From positions 30,001 through 62,000 of the forward strand of contig NZ_JHUX01000004.1 in NCBI RefSeq assembly GCF_000619845.1: a stretch of 32,000 bases of DNA. The letters are read 5' to 3'. Source of the stretch: Alkanindiges illinoisensis DSM 15370 (GTDB taxonomy: Bacteria > Pseudomonadota > Gammaproteobacteria > Pseudomonadales > Moraxellaceae). Numbering within the stretch: position 1 is the first letter of the stretch; each line of letters begins with the position of its first letter. A program made the translations under genes and the position numbers. The notes beneath the pieces were generated by a model that was given only the letters and a program-made list of their open reading frames with translations, ran no database searches and was not told the origin of the DNA. Positions 27,077 to 32,000 of this stretch are shown piece after piece.

Positions 27077-29260
27077 TCAGGCCTGTTGCAGTCTGGCCTT
27101 GCTGGTGGCCAACACCTGCTCTTTAGGCCCATCCATCACAATCTGGCCATCATTGACCACAATCACACGGTCTACCAGATTCAGTACTGCCATGCGATGA
27201 GTAGCCACCACCAGCGTGCGGTGACCCAGCCAGAGTTTTAGCCGGTCAATGAGCTGCTTTTCGGTGACTTCATCAATAGCCGCTGTGGGCTCATCCAGCA
27301 GCACAATATTGGGCTGGCGAATCAGCAGGCGTGCCAGCAGCAACATTTGTTTTTGCCCACCAGACAGCCCATTGCCACCTTCCAGAATCAGATAGTCCAG
27401 ACCTTCCTTGCGTGACTGCACAAAATTCAGCGCACCCACCATGTTGAGCACGTCCAGAATTTCCTGATCATTCACCAGCGGGCTGCCCAGTGTCAGATTT
27501 TCACGTAGCGTACCAAAAAACAAATGCGCATTCTGGTTGAGCAAACCCATATCACGGCGTACATCAGCAGGATCAATCAGGGTCAAATCCAGATCATCCA
27601 GCATCACCTGCCCGCTTTGCGCCATTTGCATACCAGACAGCAATTGCAGCAAGGTGGTTTTGCCAGCGCCATTACGACCCAGAATCGCCACCTTTTCACC
27701 CGCTTTGATATTCAGGTTTTTAATTGACAAAATTGGTTTGCTGTCATCATCTGTGTATTTAAAACTAACGTTGCTCAACTGGTAATTGCCCAGCAGCACA
27801 GCGCGATGAATCAGGCTGGCACGGTCTGGCTGGTCTACCGGACGCTTGATCAGTTCATCCAGACTCTGGCGCGCCACCTTGGCCTGTTGCCAGCGCGACA
27901 TCACGCCGGAAATCTGCGCCAGCGGTGCCACCATACGCGATGACAGCAGCGAGCAGCCCACCAGCGCACCGGTTGTCATGTCGCCATCAATCACCAGAAA
28001 GCAGCCTGTTAGTACCACCAGCGCATACATGATGGTTTGCAGTTCCTGCGTCCAGGTCAGCAACAGGCCGCTAATAAAACGCTGGCGTTTGCTAATGTCA
28101 GCAGACACTTCATTCAGGTGATTCCACTGGTTTTGAAAACGCGGTTCCGCACGCAATAGCTTGATATCTTCAATGCCCTGTACCGCTTCCACCAGCATGG
28201 CATTACGGATTGATGATTCACGCATGCCCTCATTGGACAAACGGGCTAGCGGCTTTTGAATCAGTAGGCCGGGAATCAAAATCAGCGGAATTGCCAGCAA
28301 AATAATCAACACCAGTGGCCCGCCAATAATCCAGAAAATCACCAGGAACAAAAAGAAAAATGGCAGGTCAGCCAGCGCGCCAATAGTGGTGGACGTCACC
28401 AGTTCACGTACACTTTCAAGCTCGCGGATTTGCGAAATAAACGTTCCGGTTGACTTGGAACGCTCACTGTTACGAATGCGCAAGGCATGGCCAAACACGC
28501 GGTCAGACACACGCAAATCGGCCCGTTTGCCAATAATGTCCGACACATGAATGCGTGCCAAGCGCAAGCTAAATTCAAAAATTACGGCAATCAGCACGCC
28601 GCCTGCCAGCACCCACAAGGTTGGAATGGACTGCGCCGGTACAACCCGGTCATACACCTGCATGGAAAAAATAATGGCTGACAGCGCCAGCACATTGGCC
28701 ACCAGCGAGGCCAGCATGATGTCGCCGTAGCGCTTCCAGTCCTTGAGGATAATGCCCCAGAACCAGTTTTTCTCATACGGCTTGATGTACTCATCCACGC
28801 GCGCATCAGCCACTGAGGTTTCCGGGCGCAGGATCAGTATACGGCGGGCCTGTGTCCTGATGTCACTGGTAGGCAGTGTCGTTGCCAAGCCATGATCGCC
28901 ACTAAACTGCACACTGACATTGCCCTGACTGTCCACTTTTTCCAGAATACCCACCTGCCCGGTGCTAAATTCCACCACCACAGGCAAACGCCAAGCATCC
29001 AGAATGGCGTCATTAAACTGGTCAAAGCGCAGTTCAAGGCCAATTTGCCGCGCCATACTGTGCAGCAAGGCATCCAGTGACGTGGTTTTTTCCCAGTCCA
29101 GATTAATGCGGATATTTTCTTCCGAGCTTTCAATCCGGTAATGCCGTGCAATACCCAGCATAGCGGTTAGCCACGGGGCATAGCTGGGCTGCTGGTTTGC
29201 TTCGGCTTGGCTATTTGTTGCCGGGCTGGCAGCAGTTTGACTGTTCATGGGCTGACTCAT
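27077..29260 (-). CDS. Type I secretion system permease/ATPase (HlyB/LapB-type ABC exporter with an N-terminal C39-like domain)
   Basis: It has Walker A GRNGAGKTT, the signature LSGGQKQ and Walker B IVLLDEPT, with a six-TM exporter domain. The N-terminal region of about 150 aa aligns with the HlyB C39-like domain, and the first ~170 residues contain no cysteine. The start ATGA overlaps the tolC stop. Confidence 0.92.
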   Translation of the reverse strand: MSQPMNSQTAASPATNSQAEANQQPSYAPWLTAMLGIARHYRIESSEENIRINLDWEKTTSLDALLHSMARQIGLELRFDQFNDAILDAWRLPVVVEFSTGQVGILEKVDSQGNVSVQFSGDHGLATTLPTSDIRTQARRILILRPETSVADARVDEYIKPYEKNWFWGIILKDWKRYGDIMLASLVANVLALSAIIFSMQVYDRVVPAQSIPTLWVLAGGVLIAVIFEFSLRLARIHVSDIIGKRADLRVSDRVFGHALRIRNSERSKSTGTFISQIRELESVRELVTSTTIGALADLPFFFLFLVIFWIIGGPLVLIILLAIPLILIPGLLIQKPLARLSNEGMRESSIRNAMLVEAVQGIEDIKLLRAEPRFQNQWNHLNEVSADISKRQRFISGLLLTWTQELQTIMYALVVLTGCFLVIDGDMTTGALVGCSLLSSRMVAPLAQISGVMSRWQQAKVARQSLDELIKRPVDQPDRASLIHRAVLLGNYQLSNVSFKYTDDDSKPILSIKNLNIKAGEKVAILGRNGAGKTTLLQLLSGMQMAQSGQVMLDDLDLTLIDPADVRRDMGLLNQNAHLFFGTLRENLTLGSPLVNDQEILDVLNMVGALNFVQSRKEGLDYLILEGGNGLSGGQKQMLLLARLLIRQPNIVLLDEPTAAIDEVTEKQLIDRLKLWLGHRTLVVATHRMAVLNLVDRVIVVNDGQIVMDGPKEQVLATSKARLQQA

Positions 29261-30906
29261 GGTTGAATGTCCATGCCTTGTATGGTGGTATTGTTTAAGC
29301 CATAAACTGCTCTGGAACGTCCGGTAATGGCAATATAATTCACCACATTGTTCCAGATATCGTAGCGGGTATTTTCCCGGTCAGTGGCGGCCAGATGAAT
29401 TTCCTGCTCGGAGTTCAGCAAATCCAGCGCGGTGCGTGTGCCCAGCTTGTATTGTTCCTGATACAGCTCACGGGTTTGAATAATGGCCTGCTCGCGGTCA
29501 GCCAGTACATTTAACCGTTGCTGTGCGCCCAGAATCTGCTCACGAAAACTGCGTGCCTGATCGGTCACATCCAGATAAGTGGCCTGAATTCTGGCCCGCG
29601 CTGCCTGTTCGGCATAACTGGCGGCCCGCTCTGATGCAGACAATGCGCCGCCTTGCGACAGGTTACTGTTCAAGGCAAACATTACTGAACTGTAAGTGCC
29701 GTCATCATCGGCATTACTGGGGTTGCGCCCATTGATGGCACGGCTGACTGAACCTTCTACAGCCAGTGTGGGATAACGCCGGGCATGGGCATTTTGCCGC
29801 TGGGCCTGTGCTTCGCGTCGTGCGGCTTCTGTAGCAATAATATCCGGCAAGGAATTAATCGGTGGATTGTCATAAAGCTGCGCCTGCTGCACCAAGACGC
29901 CTGGAATATCAGCAACCTGTTGTGGCAAGGCACCACCTACCAGTGTCCTTAATTTCTCACGCCACTGGTTAAGCGCAGTTTCCGTTTGTAGCAGCGTGGC
30001 CTGTGCGCCTTCATAACGTGCCTGTGCCTGCACCGGATCAGCCTGACTGCTAATACCTGCGCGTGCCCGCAGCCGGGTAATCTCCAGAATACGGGCAACC
30101 CCGCTCACCTGCTGTTCGGCAATTTTTTTGAGTTCCTGATAGCGCCGCACATTTACCACGGCTTCTGCGGTTTGCAGTGCAATATTATCAATTTGCTTGA
30201 GCACCACGGCTTTTTGCTGGTCTACACTGGCCTGTGCAGCATCCACATTACTGCGCACCTTGCCAAAGTCATACAACGTTTGCGTGGCATTCAGGCTTAA
30301 AAGCTGGCGGCCTGCCTCCGATGTTCCAATCCGGCCTGTGGTAACACCAGCCTGTACCTGTGGCCAGTAACCGCCCTTGGCGACATCAACTTGACTATAT
30401 TCACTGGATAGTTGCGCCAGTGTCTGGGCAATGGCCGGATGCCGGTTGACTGCAATCTGAATGGCCCGGATTAAATCCAGATAGCTACTGTCTGCATTAC
30501 TGCTACTTACAATGGCTGCATCAGGATTAGCCTGTATTTCAATAGTGGGCAATGTACCGGGGGTGGCTGCACTGCCGTTGTCAAACATAGGGGCACCATA
30601 CGACTCCGGCTGTGATAGTGTCAGCTCGGACACACTAATGCGGTTGTCAGGCGGCGTATTTTGAAAAGCCGCCTGCAAATTACTCACCTTCTGAGTTAGC
30701 CGCTGCTTGACCGACAGTTTTTTAGTGGGTACTTCCTGCGCAAAGCCTTGGGCAGGTGCCAGCATCAACTGTGCCAGTACAATCGCTGCACCAAGACGGC
30801 TTAAAGCAGCGCCTGGCCTACCAGAATTGAGTAATGCTGTATGGCGTAAATCATTTTGCATTGAATGGTTAACACTTATTGGTATGTCATCAAAAATCAT
30901 TGTCAT
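29257..30906 (-). CDS. TolC family type I secretion outer membrane protein
   Basis: It has a two-repeat TolC architecture (YLDLIRAIQIAVNRHPAIAQ..., a second repeat, and a C-terminal YDIWNNVVNYIAITG). The signal peptide ends AQGFA-QE. The start is uncertain: ATG codons at 30906, 30900 and 30861 all lack a good SD. Confidence 0.85.
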   Translation of the reverse strand: MTMIFDDIPISVNHSMQNDLRHTALLNSGRPGAALSRLGAAIVLAQLMLAPAQGFAQEVPTKKLSVKQRLTQKVSNLQAAFQNTPPDNRISVSELTLSQPESYGAPMFDNGSAATPGTLPTIEIQANPDAAIVSSSNADSSYLDLIRAIQIAVNRHPAIAQTLAQLSSEYSQVDVAKGGYWPQVQAGVTTGRIGTSEAGRQLLSLNATQTLYDFGKVRSNVDAAQASVDQQKAVVLKQIDNIALQTAEAVVNVRRYQELKKIAEQQVSGVARILEITRLRARAGISSQADPVQAQARYEGAQATLLQTETALNQWREKLRTLVGGALPQQVADIPGVLVQQAQLYDNPPINSLPDIIATEAARREAQAQRQNAHARRYPTLAVEGSVSRAINGRNPSNADDDGTYSSVMFALNSNLSQGGALSASERAASYAEQAARARIQATYLDVTDQARSFREQILGAQQRLNVLADREQAIIQTRELYQEQYKLGTRTALDLLNSEQEIHLAATDRENTRYDIWNNVVNYIAITGRSRAVYGLNNTTIQGMDIQP

Positions 30907-31218
30907 TCATCTGGCCGCTTATTATACAGCCTGTCCATGAACCCAAGCATAATCCCTGTTTTTGCATTTGTCCTGTGTCACACCAGTTGATGGGATTTAA
31001 CCCTCACCTGGCCTTGCGCATACTAAAGCCAAGTTCAAGTTCCAATCAATACCCAAACGTACCTGAATAACACATGGGTGTATTAATTGGGCCAGTCGCT
31101 GCAGGCAATAGCACATCATTAGGAGATTATACTGTAGCGGATGATGACCCTCGTGCAAAATTAGCTTGGCATCCTATAGATTAATCCGTAAAACTTTTGC
31201 TTTTTATCTTGGCAAAGG

Positions 31219-31247
31219 TTGTTATTTTGCTCAATTTTCACTAAAAT
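31219..31247 (+). promoter_or_regulatory. Candidate sigma70 promoter for rplM-rpsI
   Basis: TTGTTA (31219-31224), a 17-nt spacer and TAAAAT (31242-31247) lie about 60 bp upstream of the rplM ATG. Confidence 0.35.
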
Positions 31248-31308
31248 TCGCGCTCCATTTTGTTTGGACTGTTTTAAGGTTCAAACCAACGATAATAGGT
31301 AGTGGTCA

Positions 31309-31737
31309 ATGAAAACTCTCAGCGCCAAGCCTGCTGAAGTGCAACACGACTGGTATGTTGTTGACGCATCAGGCAAAACTCTCGGTCGTCTCGCGACTGA
31401 AATCGCTCGTCGCCTACGTGGCAAGCACAAGACATCTTTTACCCCTCACGTTGATACTGGCGACTATATTGTTGTCATCAACGCTGAGCGTGTACAAGTG
31501 ACTGGTACTAAGTCCCAGAACAAAATGTACTATCGTCATAGCGAATTCCCAGGTGGTTTGAAAGAAACCAACTTTGAAAAGCTGATCAACCACAAGCCAG
31601 AAGAAGTGCTGCAACGTGCCGTTAAAGGCATGCTGCCAAAAGGTCCTCTGGGCTATGCCATGATCAAGAAAATGAAAGTATACGCTGGCAGTGAGCATCC
31701 ACATACTGCTCAACAGCCACAGGTTTTGGACATCTAA
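31309..31737 (+). CDS. rplM: 50S ribosomal protein L13
   Basis: The product is full length (142 aa). [20 protein letters not shown]...[20 protein letters not shown] is a canonical L13 N-terminus. Confidence 0.95.
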   Translation: MKTLSAKPAEVQHDWYVVDASGKTLGRLATEIARRLRGKHKTSFTPHVDTGDYIVVINAERVQVTGTKSQNKMYYRHSEFPGGLKETNFEKLINHKPEEVLQRAVKGMLPKGPLGYAMIKKMKVYAGSEHPHTAQQPQVLDI

Positions 31738-31749
31738 GGAAGAAACGAC

Positions 31750-32000
31750 ATGGCAACTAATTATGGTACTGGTCGCCGTAAGACCGCAACCGCTCGTGTG
31801 TTCCTGTCCTCAGGTTCAGGTAAAATCACTATCAACAACCGTGATCTAGACACCTATTTTGGTCGCGAAACTGCCCGTATGGTGGTTCGTCAGCCATTAG
31901 AGCTGATCGACGCTGTTGGCAAATACGATATTTTCGTCACTGTTAAAGGTGGTGGTATCGGTGGTCAGGCTGGTGCAATTCGTCACGGTATTACCCGTGC
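31750..32000 (+). CDS. rpsI: 30S ribosomal protein S9 (5' part; the 3' end lies outside the window)
   Basis: The ATG at 31750 opens a frame reading [19 protein letters not shown]...[18 protein letters not shown]. It starts 12 nt after the rplM stop, the conserved rplM-rpsI arrangement. Confidence 0.95.
   Translation, partial: MATNYGTGRRKTATARVFLSSGSGKITINNRDLDTYFGRETARMVVRQPLELIDAVGKYDIFVTVKGGGIGGQAGAIRHGITR

Noticed and set aside
30879-31070. A 63-aa plus-strand ORF in the tolC/rplM intergenic region.
   Set aside because: It overlaps the tolC start region, lacks an SD, and has a Cys/Pro/His-rich nonsense-like composition. The region is better explained as divergent promoter DNA.
1-32000. 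A scan for CRISPR arrays, tRNA/rRNA genes, IS elements or transposases, integrases, toxin-antitoxin pairs and known defence-system signatures.
   Set aside because: I saw no regularly spaced direct repeats, no cloverleaf-like or rRNA-like segments, no DDE/tyrosine-recombinase-like ORFs and no terminal inverted repeats. Every ORF of 140 aa or more that is not a shadow ORF is accounted for by the genes listed.

Overview
This 32 kb window looks like ordinary chromosome from a gammaproteobacterium. The L13/S9 sequences and gene content suggest Moraxellaceae (Acinetobacter-like), but that is my inference from memory, not a search. I support 27 protein-coding genes (two cut by the window edges), five rho-independent terminators and a few candidate regulatory sites.

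Gene order, left to right:
- FadB-like 3-hydroxyacyl-CoA dehydrogenase (3' part)
- an AT-rich orphan lipoprotein
- METTL25-like SAM methyltransferase
- hemolysin-III/PAQR protein
- MHS-type MFS transporter
- membrane GGDEF diguanylate cyclase
- membrane metallophosphoesterase
- lipoprotein phospholipase D (2x HKD)
- PlsC-type acyltransferase
- Mn-SOD (sodA) with a Fur-box-like operator
- hflX
- lrgA/lrgB-like pair
- three tandem DUF2147 paralogs
- a membrane-anchored hypothetical protein
- the minus-strand operon pdxA-rsmA(ksgA)-[J-domain protein]-apaH
- BCCT transporter
- a complete type I secretion apparatus (tolC-like, ABC with a Cys-less C39-like domain, HlyD) with no substrate gene in the window
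- rplM-rpsI

I found no tRNA, rRNA, CRISPR array, transposase, integrase or recognisable defence system. I cannot honestly claim a clear new system.

The most unusual items are:
- the low-GC lipoprotein with an internal two-Cys duplication and a perfect palindromic operator
- the triple DUF2147 array
- the Q-rich J-domain protein sitting where apaG sits in E. coli
- the substrate-less T1SS
- the repeat-containing 290-bp spacer splitting lrgA from lrgB

All family assignments rest on motifs I read in the translations and on recalled family signatures. No database search was run.
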